Made by a program: the position numbers and the translations under genes. A stretch of 64,000 nucleotides of DNA from an uncultured Pseudomonadales bacterium. GTDB taxonomy: Bacteria; Patescibacteriota; Microgenomatia; UBA1400; PJMF01. Each line of letters starts with the position of its first letter. Positions within the stretch are counted from its first letter, which is position 1. The notes below the pieces were generated by a model that saw nothing but the letters and a program-made list of their open reading frames with translations, made no database searches and was not told the DNA's origin. Of the stretch, positions 25,383 through 35,250 are shown one piece after another. The DNA lies in assembly GCA_964406075.1 (NCBI GenBank), contig CAYOQI010000002.1, positions 18,700 to 82,699 of the forward strand, read 5' to 3'.

Positions 25383-27872
25383 TTAACTTAATCTAAATGT
25401 ACTACCAGGTTTTACTGAACCATCGATAAGTGCTTTGGCTAAAACGTCTACGACCTGATCGTTAATTATTCTTTCTAAATAGCGTGCTCCAAATTGAGGA
25501 TTGTATCCTTGTTGAGCAATTTTCTGGATGTACGCATCATCAAATTCCAACAAAACTCCGTGTTCAGCTCGTACTTTTTCTTTCAGTTGTGCAAGCTTAA
25601 TCGAGGCAATTTGACTCACTTCTGTTTGAGAAAGTGGGGTGAAAAACACAACTCCATCAAATCGATTTAAAAATTCAGGAAGAAAAATTCTTTCTTGAAT
25701 TAAATGATTTAATACTTGTTGTGAAAGTTCTGATTGTGGAACTCCTTGCTCGTAAAGTGAACGAATGAGTTCACTTGCTGCATTAGAAGTCGCAATCACA
25801 ATGGTGTGGTGAAAAGAAATTTGTTCACCTCGTGCATCTGTTAAATAACCTTCATCAAAAATAGTAAAAAGTGCATTCAAAATTTTCGGATGTGCCTTTT
25901 CCATTTCATCAAAGAGCACGACACATGATGGTTTCGATCGAACTGCTTCAGTCAGCTGACCACCTTGAGCAAGTCTTCCACCTTCATTTGGAGTTCCTAT
26001 CAAATTTACTAAATATCGTTCTTCAGTATATTCGCCAAAATCAACTCGAATCAGAGCATCTCGATTTTGAAAATAAATATCCGCAACAGATTTCGCCATC
26101 TCAGTTTTTCCCACACCGGTAGTACCGAGGAAAAGTAATGCTCCGATGGTTTTATGCCCACTTCCCAACCGAACTTGAGCTGTACGAATTGACTCTGCAA
26201 CTGTTTTTACCGCTTCATCCTGACCAATAATCCGCTCATGCAATTTTTCTTCTAAATGAGATAAGAGATCTTTTTGTTGATCAGTCCAAATTCCAATTTG
26301 GACACCCGTTTTTTGAGAAATTACTTTATCAACTGTTTCCTTCGTTAAATGTGGAAGCTGTTGTTGTTGGGAAACAGCCAGAGCTTCATCCAAAATAATG
26401 AGTGCTTTTTCTGGAAAAGGAATATTCGTCATGACATGTTGCGACTGCGATACAATTTCTTTCAGTGCGGGAAAGTGAATCTGAACATGTCGAGCTTTCT
26501 CATAATCCGAACTCACTTCAAAAAGCAGATGAATCGTTTCATCAGTGGAAGTTGGTTTCAAAGGCATCACTTCGAATAACTCAAAAATCACCGCATTCGG
26601 AGTAATTTGATCTCTCATCCCTTGCTCGGTAGTTAACGCTAGTAATTTAAACGGAAATTGTTGTCCAACTTGATGGAAAATTCCACTAAAATCGTGAAGG
26701 TCTTGACCTTGACCGACATACCGATCAAATTGATCGATGACTAAAATCACATTCCCTGCTTGTCCAGACTCTGTCAAAATTTCTCGCAGTAATTGCTCGG
26801 GATTTTTATCTTTATTCCCTTCACCTAAAACTTTTTCCATGTTCAAAAGTAAAACTCGATGATCAGATAAAGATGGAGTTGTGTGACCTTCTGAAATTTT
26901 CTTCGCCAAAAAATGACAGACCGTTTTTTTACCCACTCCAGGTTGACCAACAAGCAGTACTTGGGTTTTCGTTTGTTTTGAAAAAAATTCTTCTAATTTC
27001 TCAACTTCATCATTACGTGGGTTAAAAATAAATTCTCGATGCAAATCATCACTCATGTCATCTGTGAACTTATCAATTAAAGGGGTAAAACCATATCCCC
27101 AATCTTTTCCAATTGAGGGTGTTTTTTGCAAAGATGCCTTTGTCCAAAACTGAGCTGACTTTTTTTCTTCTATTTTCCATAGTAAATACCATGTCACCAC
27201 TTCTTGAGCATCTTCAACTAGAATTCCTTTTTGGCGAAACCATTCATTAACCGATTGATTATCAGAAAGCAACCATTTGAACATTGTTAATAAATGTATA
27301 TCAATATCTTTGGATTGTTCTAAATCCTTAAGCAAAGACTCACTCAGTTCAATTGGCTGGGTGCTTAACCATGTAAAAAACTCTGCAGTAATGTCTGCTT
27401 GTCCAAACCGTTGCAAAAGGTAAGTAGTATCAGCGCTTTTTTTTAATACTTGAGCAAAATCAGCTCCAGAATGAATGCTCCGAAAAGCATCAACTGAAGA
27501 TTGTTTTGATTTCCAAATCAGAAAAAACAGAAAGGAAAATGGCACAAAGATAAAAAAGACTGCAGTAACTATCACCCAAAAAATAACATTAAGAAACAGC
27601 GTCAACAAGCCAAGCACAATCACGACTACACGCAGGATGAAACCAATAACTCGACTAATAATATTGAAGGAAATAATCTCAACTGTTTCGTGAAGATCGA
27701 AACCTGGTTTTTGACGAACCTGGTATATTCTTTTCCAAGGGAGAAGTAACTGTCGACCATGCCGAGAAATGGCAAAAAGATTCCAAAAATGCCAGGTGTA
27801 ATTTTTAAACAGCATCGACAGAAAGCGTGGAGCTTTTACCAAATACCACTGAAAAAAATGTTCCTGATGCAT
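25383..27872 (-). CDS. Membrane-anchored double-AAA+ Clp/Hsp100-type ATPase
   Basis: N-terminal TM helices (VIGFILRVVVIVLGLLTLFLNVIFWVIVTAVFFIFVPF). D1 Walker A is GQPGVGKKT. D2 is GQDEAVKTVAESIR...LFLGTTGVGKTEMAK with a Clp D2-small domain. The start is uncertain (27872 or 27974). Confidence 0.8.
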   Translation of the reverse strand: MHQEHFFQWYLVKAPRFLSMLFKNYTWHFWNLFAISRHGRQLLLPWKRIYQVRQKPGFDLHETVEIISFNIISRVIGFILRVVVIVLGLLTLFLNVIFWVIVTAVFFIFVPFSFLFFLIWKSKQSSVDAFRSIHSGADFAQVLKKSADTTYLLQRFGQADITAEFFTWLSTQPIELSESLLKDLEQSKDIDIHLLTMFKWLLSDNQSVNEWFRQKGILVEDAQEVVTWYLLWKIEEKKSAQFWTKASLQKTPSIGKDWGYGFTPLIDKFTDDMSDDLHREFIFNPRNDEVEKLEEFFSKQTKTQVLLVGQPGVGKKTVCHFLAKKISEGHTTPSLSDHRVLLLNMEKVLGEGNKDKNPEQLLREILTESGQAGNVILVIDQFDRYVGQGQDLHDFSGIFHQVGQQFPFKLLALTTEQGMRDQITPNAVIFELFEVMPLKPTSTDETIHLLFEVSSDYEKARHVQIHFPALKEIVSQSQHVMTNIPFPEKALIILDEALAVSQQQQLPHLTKETVDKVISQKTGVQIGIWTDQQKDLLSHLEEKLHERIIGQDEAVKTVAESIRTAQVRLGSGHKTIGALLFLGTTGVGKTEMAKSVADIYFQNRDALIRVDFGEYTEERYLVNLIGTPNEGGRLAQGGQLTEAVRSKPSCVVLFDEMEKAHPKILNALFTIFDEGYLTDARGEQISFHHTIVIATSNAASELIRSLYEQGVPQSELSQQVLNHLIQERIFLPEFLNRFDGVVFFTPLSQTEVSQIASIKLAQLKEKVRAEHGVLLEFDDAYIQKIAQQGYNPQFGARYLERIINDQVVDVLAKALIDGSVKPGSTFRLS

Positions 27873-28041
27873 ATCTTGATCATACAGTAGGCAGACAAAT
27901 CTTCCAATGTATTTATTGGAAAATATTGATGTTACTTTTAGATAACTGATATAGAATATACTGAAGCATTCCAAAAATGGATTTAAGCAATTGGAATGTT
28001 TTTTTTGTTTATTTAATTAATCTCAAAAAATTGACAGATAT

Positions 28042-29223
28042 ATGAAGGCAAAATCATCTTTAACTATTTTGGGCCTTATTATGCTAGTGAACGCATTGAG
28101 TTACGGCACGATTATTCCATTGCTTTATCCTTATTCGGCAAAATTTGGAATTGATGCAACAGGATTAAGTTTTTTGTTTGCTTCTTTCTCAATTGCTCAA
28201 TTTTTAGCAACACCAATTTTAGGTAGACTGTCTGATAGATTTGGACGAAAACCCTTACTTTTGTTGTCTTTGTTTGGAACAAGTTTATCATTGGCTTTAT
28301 TTGCGTCCGCACAAAACGTCACAATGTTATTTATTGCTCGGATCTTAGATGGAATTACAGGTGGAAATATTTCTGTTGCACAAGCTGCAATAGCAGATAG
28401 TACTGAAGGTGAAGAACGTGCAAAGGCGTTCGGCTTACTTGGTGCTGCTTTCGGTTTTGGTTTTCTATTTGGCCCAGCAATGGGAGGATTACTAAGTCAA
28501 ATTTCAATTACAGCCCCATTTTGGTTCGCTGCCTCACTCGCTCTTGTCGGAACTATTTTAGGATATTTCTTTTTATCTGAAACACTACCAAAAGAAAAAA
28601 GACAAACAGCGAAACAACCGTTATTTAATTTTTCCCAAATGATTCAAGCACTGTTGTCTCCAACAGTTGGTATCGTTTTACTACTTTCCTTCCTTACAGC
28701 CTGCGCATTAAACGCCTGGATTATTGGTTTTCAATCTTTCACTGTTGATATATTAAAACTGTCTGCACGAGATGTTGGATTATTTTTCTCAACATTTGGT
28801 CTAATCAGTATTATCATGCAAGCGGTAGGAATTGGATTAATTATTAAGAAAGTTCCAAATAAAAGTCTGATTTTGTGCGGATCGCTTTTATTAACTAGTT
28901 TGTCACTCATAAGTATTCTGCCTGCAACAACGTTTGTTCCGTTTTTCATTGTTGTAGCAATTTACGGAATTGTAAATTCTCCACAGATGCCAATGATTAC
29001 CGCAATTATTTCCGAAAGAACAAAAGCTGAAGACCAAGGTGGGATTTTAGGAGTGAACCAAAGTTACGTTTCATTAGGGCAAATAGTTGGACCTTTACTT
29101 GCGGGTGCTGTTGCTACCTATTCTGTCCGATCAGTTTTTGGATTAGCACTATTTATCACTTTAACTGCACTCATTGCTTCTCGATGGCTATTCATTCCTG
29201 CTCGGAAAAAAGTTGACTTATAA
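28042..29223 (+). CDS. MFS transporter (drug-efflux-like)
   Basis: 12 predicted TM helices and the GRLSDRFGRKPLLL motif. Confidence 0.85.
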   Translation: MKAKSSLTILGLIMLVNALSYGTIIPLLYPYSAKFGIDATGLSFLFASFSIAQFLATPILGRLSDRFGRKPLLLLSLFGTSLSLALFASAQNVTMLFIARILDGITGGNISVAQAAIADSTEGEERAKAFGLLGAAFGFGFLFGPAMGGLLSQISITAPFWFAASLALVGTILGYFFLSETLPKEKRQTAKQPLFNFSQMIQALLSPTVGIVLLLSFLTACALNAWIIGFQSFTVDILKLSARDVGLFFSTFGLISIIMQAVGIGLIIKKVPNKSLILCGSLLLTSLSLISILPATTFVPFFIVVAIYGIVNSPQMPMITAIISERTKAEDQGGILGVNQSYVSLGQIVGPLLAGAVATYSVRSVFGLALFITLTALIASRWLFIPARKKVDL

Positions 29224-29475
29224 TCACTTTTTGGTTTCAACCATGGTGTACCCTAACTTTTTAATGGTTGTCACGATATCTTCAATCGAAATTTTTTCTG
29301 GATCATAACGGACGGTACTCACTGCTCGTGCGAAATTAGAATTTGCCTCAAAAACACCTGGCGTGTCTTCCAACTCTCCATCAATATTTATCGAACAACT
29401 GGAACAATGCATCCCTTCAATTTTGAAAGTGACAACTTGTCCAGGTTTTTCTTTTTGTTTAAAAAAATGAAACAT
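29224..29475 (-). CDS. copZ: Heavy-metal-associated (HMA) copper chaperone-like protein
   Basis: The GMHCSSCSINI metal-binding motif on a ferredoxin-like 83-aa protein. Confidence 0.8.
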   Translation of the reverse strand: MFHFFKQKEKPGQVVTFKIEGMHCSSCSINIDGELEDTPGVFEANSNFARAVSTVRYDPEKISIEDIVTTIKKLGYTMVETKK

Positions 29476-29613
29476 AAAATTTATCCTTACTTCTAATAAC
29501 TCCTGAATCTTGCATCATTTGACTTCGCAATGGTTTAACAGTAAACAGATCCTTGGTCGTACCTCCTCAGGATGACAAAACAATGAACTCATACCTGATA
29601 CCTGATACCTAAC

Positions 29614-30687
29614 TTATATAACTTTCAGCGTCCCGGTATACATTCCCATTGAGCACGCAAAAGTATACTCACCTTTTTTTTCAGGTGTAAAACTAAATGT
29701 TTTCTGATCAATCGGGCCAAGCTGGGCTTTGATATCAAAGGCCTTCATCACAAATGAAGTTGCACAACTGTACACATTGTTCGTATGCAAAGTTAACTCC
29801 ACCGGCACTCCAGCTTTTACTTCAATATTTCTCGGCGAGTAGCCACTATTTTGGATTTCAATTGTTACCTTTTGTTTTCCATCTTCAGTTTTAACTAAAG
29901 AATTTTTTTCCGCAAATCTTTGATTCGAAAAGAAATAGGTAATTGGTTGAGTCATTTTTTGAAAAGTAACAGGAGCATCTAACACGACTAAAATTCCATT
30001 CAAACTACTCATACCCAAAAACAGCAATGAAATCGCTGCGATTCGTAAAAATGAAGTTCTAAATCGATCTGACAATTGAGCCGTTGCCACACCTACCACT
30101 GTAAATATTGGTGATGTTCCTAAAACAAATACGCCCATAATCAACGCACCAAGAACTGGACTCGCCGAACTAATCGCTAATACTTCCATTGATTGAGTGA
30201 CACCACATGGCACAAAAACAGTGAATAATCCAAGCAAAGCTGGAGCAAACAATGAATCATCTTTCCCAATCGATCGGAGTCTTTTTTGAATAAACTTCGG
30301 AGGTTGAAATACAACAAACCGGAAAATCGGATGCAGTTCTAATAAATTTGCCGCAGCAGCTAACATAAAAAAGGCTGCAATTCCTTGAAAAAGTAATGTC
30401 ACAGTTAAACTCAGTTGAAGTTTTGATCCTAACCAACCTAACAAAAAACCTAGAATGACATGAGAGATGAGTTTGGCTATTAGAAAGCTGGCGACCGGTA
30501 ACCAATCATTCTTATCAATATGTAAAGCATGTTGACGAATTTGTTTCTCACTTGAATTATCAAGAAACTTTTTCTTATGGTTTGAAATGACACTCGTCAA
30601 CAAGCCACCTTGCATGGCAACACAAGTGAGTCCACCCGTAGTCAAGCCAGTGATAAATATTGCCCACAAATTCATGTCTGCCTCCAA
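29614..30687 (-). CDS. Polytopic membrane protein with a C-terminal cupredoxin-like domain (copper-operon accessory)
   Basis: About 6 TM helices, then a soluble beta domain (KVTIEIQNSGYSPRNIEVKAGVPVELTLHTNN...CSMGMYTGTLKVI). It sits between copA and copZ. Confidence 0.6.
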   Translation of the reverse strand: MEADMNLWAIFITGLTTGGLTCVAMQGGLLTSVISNHKKKFLDNSSEKQIRQHALHIDKNDWLPVASFLIAKLISHVILGFLLGWLGSKLQLSLTVTLLFQGIAAFFMLAAAANLLELHPIFRFVVFQPPKFIQKRLRSIGKDDSLFAPALLGLFTVFVPCGVTQSMEVLAISSASPVLGALIMGVFVLGTSPIFTVVGVATAQLSDRFRTSFLRIAAISLLFLGMSSLNGILVVLDAPVTFQKMTQPITYFFSNQRFAEKNSLVKTEDGKQKVTIEIQNSGYSPRNIEVKAGVPVELTLHTNNVYSCATSFVMKAFDIKAQLGPIDQKTFSFTPEKKGEYTFACSMGMYTGTLKVI

Positions 30688-30796
30688 ATTATATTTAAAT
30701 GTAAAATCCTACTGTTTTTTAACTTTTTCTTGCTGTTATTTCTAACGATGGCCAGATTTTTTTCTACTACTTAGTGTAGTTTATATTTGTGTGAAA

Positions 30797-33139
30797 TTAA
30801 AGAGTTATCTTTTTTAAGCGTAAGGCATTCCCAACAACCGATACACTTGAAAAAGCCATCGCCATGCCTGCCCAAATTGGGCTTAACAAAATTCCCACAA
30901 ATGGATAAAACACACCAGCTGCTATTGGAATTCCAATCACATTATAGAAAAATGCCCAAAACAGGTTTTGTTTCACAATTTTCATTGTGACCTTTGAAAG
31001 TTTGACAGCTTGAACTACTTTTTCTATATCACCGTGTAGTAAGGTCACATGAGCTGTAGAAATTGCAACATCAGTTCCAGTACTCATGGCAATTCCAACA
31101 TCAGCGGTGGCTAATGCTGGGGCATCATTGACACCATCCCCAACCATCGCAACGTTTTTTCCGCTCTTTTTTAATTCTTGAATGAAATGAGCTTTCTGAT
31201 CAGGCAGAACTCCGGCGATTACCTTGTGAATACCTACTTGCTTGGCAATAAACTCCGCTGTTTTTTGATCATCACCGGACAACATGACCACTTCTACTCC
31301 CATATCATGGAGTGCTTGAACGGTTTGCGGGGCATTGGATTTAATCGTATCGGCCACAAACACCATTCCCAAGAGTTGCTTCTTCTTTGCTAAAAAGATT
31401 GGCGTTTTCCCTACTTTAGTATACTGAATTACTTCTTCATCATTAATTGTAATACCTAACTCAGTCATAAAGTTTTTATTCCCTGCATATAACCATTCAT
31501 CTTGAATTTTTCCTTGGACACCTTTTCCTTCAACAATTGAGAAATCTTCAATCTTTCGTAACCGAATCTTTTCAACTTCAGCTCTTTCAACAATTGCTGA
31601 TGCTAATGGATGCTCAGAATTTTTCTCTAAACTCGCCAGTATGCTTAAAACTTTTTCGGCTGTTTCACCTTTAGATGGAAAAATATCAGTCACGGTTGGT
31701 TTTCCTTGAGTCAGCGTTCCTGTTTTATCCATCACAATTGTATTTACGCTGTGAAGTTTTTCCAAACTTTCTGCATTTTTTATTAAAATTCCTAGTGATG
31801 CTCCTCGTCCAACCGCAGTAATTAAAGCCGTCGGAGTAGCTAGTCCTAGAGCACATGGACAGGCGATAACTAAAACACCAACAAATGCTTTGATCGCTAA
31901 GGGTAAAGCAATACCAAAATTGTCTGTCAAAACTCCATATGTAAGCCAACTCAACAAAGTGAAGGCCGCAATCACAATGACAATGGGAACAAAAACTGCT
32001 GAGACTTGATCAGCAAGTCGTTCAATTGGGGCCTTTGACATTTGAGCATCACTCACCATTTGTACAATTTGTGAAAGTAAGGTTTCTTGTCCAATTTTTT
32101 TCGCTTCAACAATCAGCACACCTTGTTTATTCATCGTGGCTCCAATAACACTGTCACCAACTTTTTTCTCAATCGGTAATGACTCACCCGTAATCATAGA
32201 TTCATCGACAGATGAACTTCCTTCAACGACTTTTCCATCTACAGGAATCTTTGTGCCTGGTTTTATAATCACGAGATCACCAACTTGAACTTCATCAATT
32301 GAAATTTCCATTTCTTTTCCACTTCGCCGTACTAAAGCAGTCTTTGCTTGTAATCCAATCAGTTTTTCTAATGCTTCACCTGTTTTCTTTTTTGATCGAG
32401 CTTCTAAATATTTCCCAAAAAGAATAAATCCAATCACAACAATAGTGACATCAAAATAGGTATCACGTGGAAATCCCCAACGCTCAAAGGTAATTGGGAA
32501 AAAGACAATCAAGGACGAGTAAATAAATGCAGTTAAGGTTCCAATTCCCACTAAACTATCCATATTCGCAACTCGCAACTTTACAAATCGAATCACTGCA
32601 TCAATAAATTGTTTCCCGGAAGTAATTAAAGTGAAGAGCGATAAGAAAAACAAGATTAATGGCCAAAATCTCATTGGTAATGGAAGCATTGGCACCAAGG
32701 GAAATGTTTGGGAAGCTATTTCCCACATCATGACAAAAAATACAAAAACTGCTAAAGGAAAAATTAACTCAACTTTTTTTCTTTCTTCATCAATGTCATT
32801 TTCACTTGGAGGGGCTGCATGAGCACTATGATCTTCCATTTGATGACCATGGTCATGAGAAATTTTTCCCTGAGATGGCATACTCACTTCGCTTTGAGCA
32901 TGCTGTGATTCACCATCTTTCATTAAGTGATATCCATACTGTTCTAGTTCTGAATTCATTTGAGAAATATCCACTTTGTCTGGATTGTAGGTAATTGCAG
33001 CTTTTTCACTCGCAACATTAACGGTGCAGCTTTCAACACCTTGTATTTTTTTTAATGTACGTTGAATGATTGAGCCACAGCTCGCACAGTGCATGCCGTG
33101 AACTTTATAGTGTTGTGTTGTTGTGGAATCTTTTTGCAT
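30797..33139 (-). CDS. copA: Copper-translocating P1B-type ATPase
   Basis: N-terminal HMA motif GMHCASCG, a His-rich stretch, the TM CPC motif ([11 protein letters not shown]), DKTGTLT, and [10 protein letters not shown]. Confidence 0.95.
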   Translation of the reverse strand: MQKDSTTTQHYKVHGMHCASCGSIIQRTLKKIQGVESCTVNVASEKAAITYNPDKVDISQMNSELEQYGYHLMKDGESQHAQSEVSMPSQGKISHDHGHQMEDHSAHAAPPSENDIDEERKKVELIFPLAVFVFFVMMWEIASQTFPLVPMLPLPMRFWPLILFFLSLFTLITSGKQFIDAVIRFVKLRVANMDSLVGIGTLTAFIYSSLIVFFPITFERWGFPRDTYFDVTIVVIGFILFGKYLEARSKKKTGEALEKLIGLQAKTALVRRSGKEMEISIDEVQVGDLVIIKPGTKIPVDGKVVEGSSSVDESMITGESLPIEKKVGDSVIGATMNKQGVLIVEAKKIGQETLLSQIVQMVSDAQMSKAPIERLADQVSAVFVPIVIVIAAFTLLSWLTYGVLTDNFGIALPLAIKAFVGVLVIACPCALGLATPTALITAVGRGASLGILIKNAESLEKLHSVNTIVMDKTGTLTQGKPTVTDIFPSKGETAEKVLSILASLEKNSEHPLASAIVERAEVEKIRLRKIEDFSIVEGKGVQGKIQDEWLYAGNKNFMTELGITINDEEVIQYTKVGKTPIFLAKKKQLLGMVFVADTIKSNAPQTVQALHDMGVEVVMLSGDDQKTAEFIAKQVGIHKVIAGVLPDQKAHFIQELKKSGKNVAMVGDGVNDAPALATADVGIAMSTGTDVAISTAHVTLLHGDIEKVVQAVKLSKVTMKIVKQNLFWAFFYNVIGIPIAAGVFYPFVGILLSPIWAGMAMAFSSVSVVGNALRLKKITL

Positions 33140-33205
33140 TGAAAGGCTGTAACTCCTGAATTAATGTCTACTAATACTTAACTTATTTAATATTAAAAAC
33201 ACTGA

Positions 33206-33778
33206 CTACACTCCATACCATTCTTTTCTCCAAGCCTTGAGTTGTTCAAGATTTGGGGAAAGAATTGATAATACTTCATCTGCAATATTAAGTACCTCGG
33301 TGCGTTGGGATTTTGTCTTGACTTCTTGCGCCATAGCAATTGCTTGTTCATGATGAGTCATCATTGAATTGAGAAATCGTAAATCAAATTTTTCATCTGG
33401 CTCACCCAGATATACTTTCTGAAACTGTTTAATCTCACGGGTATTATCAAACCACTCTTTTTTATATTGGTACAACTGTTCAATCCCTTTGCTATCCAAC
33501 TCAATAATTGTTTCTCCTAAAGACCGGATTTCAAGTCGTTTTGAATGAAGTAACGCTTGTTCTGACATATCTATCGCACTTAAGTGATGTGCAATTAATC
33601 CATCTACATATCGTAAATCTAAATATCGATCAGCATTCCCCAACTCCATCATTTCCTCTTTTTCTTCATCTTTCATAACAACATACTCAGGTGTAAATGC
33701 AAACCCAACCATAGTTCCGATCAAAAAAGCTATGATCAATAAAGAAATTGTTAATTCAGGAGAAAAGTTTTTTTTCAT
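33206..33778 (-). CDS. DUF305 family protein (membrane-anchored)
   Basis: Two repeats with conserved HH motifs (LIAHHLSAIDMSEQAL, MMTHHEQAIAMAQEV). Confidence 0.8.
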   Translation of the reverse strand: MKKNFSPELTISLLIIAFLIGTMVGFAFTPEYVVMKDEEKEEMMELGNADRYLDLRYVDGLIAHHLSAIDMSEQALLHSKRLEIRSLGETIIELDSKGIEQLYQYKKEWFDNTREIKQFQKVYLGEPDEKFDLRFLNSMMTHHEQAIAMAQEVKTKSQRTEVLNIADEVLSILSPNLEQLKAWRKEWYGV

Positions 33779-33786
33779 ACTTACCT

Positions 33787-34056
33787 TTATTTAGTGTTAC
33801 TAAAGACTTTCATCACTTCTTCAATTGCTTTTTTTGACTGCCCTTTTTTGACATGATCCACAACACAGTGTGAGAGATGTTCTTCCAAAAGGACTTCATC
33901 AATTTTTTGAAGTGAACTTTTTATCGCTTTGGTTTGTGTTAAGACGTCAATGCAGTACACATCTTGTTCGACCATCTCGATCACTTTTTCTAGATGTCCT
34001 CGAACAATTTTGAGTCGATGAAGTGCATTGTCTTTCGTCGTTTTAGTATGAAACAT
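33787..34056 (-). CDS. csoR: CsoR/RcnR/FrmR-family metal-sensing repressor
   Basis: LHRLKIVRGHLEKVIEMVEQDVYCIDVLTQTKAIKSSL...HLSHCV carries the C-H-C ligand pattern. Confidence 0.88.
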   Translation of the reverse strand: MFHTKTTKDNALHRLKIVRGHLEKVIEMVEQDVYCIDVLTQTKAIKSSLQKIDEVLLEEHLSHCVVDHVKKGQSKKAIEEVMKVFSNTK

Positions 34057-34172
34057 AGTAATAGTTCCTATCTCCCTCTGGGAGAGACCCCTTGCGAGTA
34101 AGCCAGGGAGTGAGGGAATAATCTAAAAATGGTTTTTGTGACTAATTTTTTGTAATGAACGTTTATCAATCT

Positions 34173-34193
34173 TAGTCCCCCACATAGGGACTA
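34173..34193. promoter_or_regulatory. Candidate CsoR operator
   Basis: The C/G-tract inverted repeat TAGTCCC-CCACATA-GGGACTA, about 120 nt upstream of csoR. Known CsoR operators are GC-tract pseudo-palindromes. Confidence 0.35.
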
Positions 34194-34246
34194 GAAATAA
34201 GTATAAAAATAAGCCGCGAATATGTCAATGAGGAAAAACATTCTCG

Positions 34247-34660
34247 CTAATACTGCATTGTCGATAGTGAAGGTATTTGAGGAGGGGAAACTTTATCCAA
34301 AATTCTTGGAGTTAAAATACTCGTTCCGACAATTAAAGCCACAAATGCCATAACCAGCACAGCTCCGGCAGCAATATCTCGTGCTCTTTTCGTCGCAACA
34401 TATGACAACTTTAATTCATCTCGAAGTAAATTTGCTAATTCTTCCACAGCAGTATTCACCATTTCAGCGGAAATAACTAACCCAATCAAGATAATCAATG
34501 TAAACCATTCAGTTCGCGAAATACCTGCCCAAACACTCAGTGGAATGACAATTGCTGTTGCAAGTAAATGGACTCGCATGTTTCGTTCCAAAGAACTACT
34601 GACGATACCTTCTCCGGCAAAGCCAAAACTTCTGACTACTTTTTTCCAAAAAATTATCAT
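34247..34660 (-). CDS. dgkA: Diacylglycerol/undecaprenol kinase (DgkA family)
   Basis: ERNMRVHLLATAIVI...ISAEMVNTAVEELANLL on three TM helices. Confidence 0.85.
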   Translation of the reverse strand: MIIFWKKVVRSFGFAGEGIVSSSLERNMRVHLLATAIVIPLSVWAGISRTEWFTLIILIGLVISAEMVNTAVEELANLLRDELKLSYVATKRARDIAAGAVLVMAFVALIVGTSILTPRILDKVSPPQIPSLSTMQY

Positions 34661-34673
34661 AACTTTCCCGTAT

Positions 34674-35132
34674 TTATTGAGCTGAAGTCAAGAGTACAGC
34701 CATCCAAGCATCTGCTTGTTGAAAAGCTGTTGCTTGATCATTAAAAAATCGATCAATTCGAAGTGATGGGGTAACAATTTTTCCACCGTGATCTGAAATA
34801 AATTTTTCCAGATGTTCGACTGCTCCACAAAAAATGTGATATGTTTTGTCACCTAATCCAAACACTGCAATTTTTGTTGGTGCTAGATCTAGTGAAGCAT
34901 TTCGATTCATGAAATCAGCAAAATCAGGATGAGGCTGGCCTTCTAAACCATCAGCATCCCAACTTGGTGATCCCAATAAAACAAGCTGATACTCTGAGAA
35001 AGAAGATGGCTGAGTCGAGCTTATTTCTTGCACCACTACTTCATGTCCTTGCGTTTGAGCAGCTGTTTGTAGATGTTGAGCAACTAAAAAAGTGGATCCT
35101 GAATTGGTTGCGTAGGTGATCAGAATTTTCAT
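34674..35132 (-). CDS. Flavodoxin
   Basis: MKILITYATNSGSTFLVAQHL FMN-binding loop, 152 aa. Confidence 0.85.
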   Translation of the reverse strand: MKILITYATNSGSTFLVAQHLQTAAQTQGHEVVVQEISSTQPSSFSEYQLVLLGSPSWDADGLEGQPHPDFADFMNRNASLDLAPTKIAVFGLGDKTYHIFCGAVEHLEKFISDHGGKIVTPSLRIDRFFNDQATAFQQADAWMAVLLTSAQ

Positions 35133-35250
35133 ATGAACTCCATTATAGAAATATATTTAAACCGAATACAACTCAAGAAATAACTGATGAGCTCCTTCCG
35201 ATTGTATCGCATTCCTGAATTTAGAAAATCCACAGTCCAGTTTGAGAAAT

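Noticed and set aside
29591-29611. ATACCTG x3 as a meaningful tandem repeat or CRISPR-like feature
   Set aside because: It has only three 7-nt units and no spacers. It is far too short to be an array and is noted only as context for the half element.
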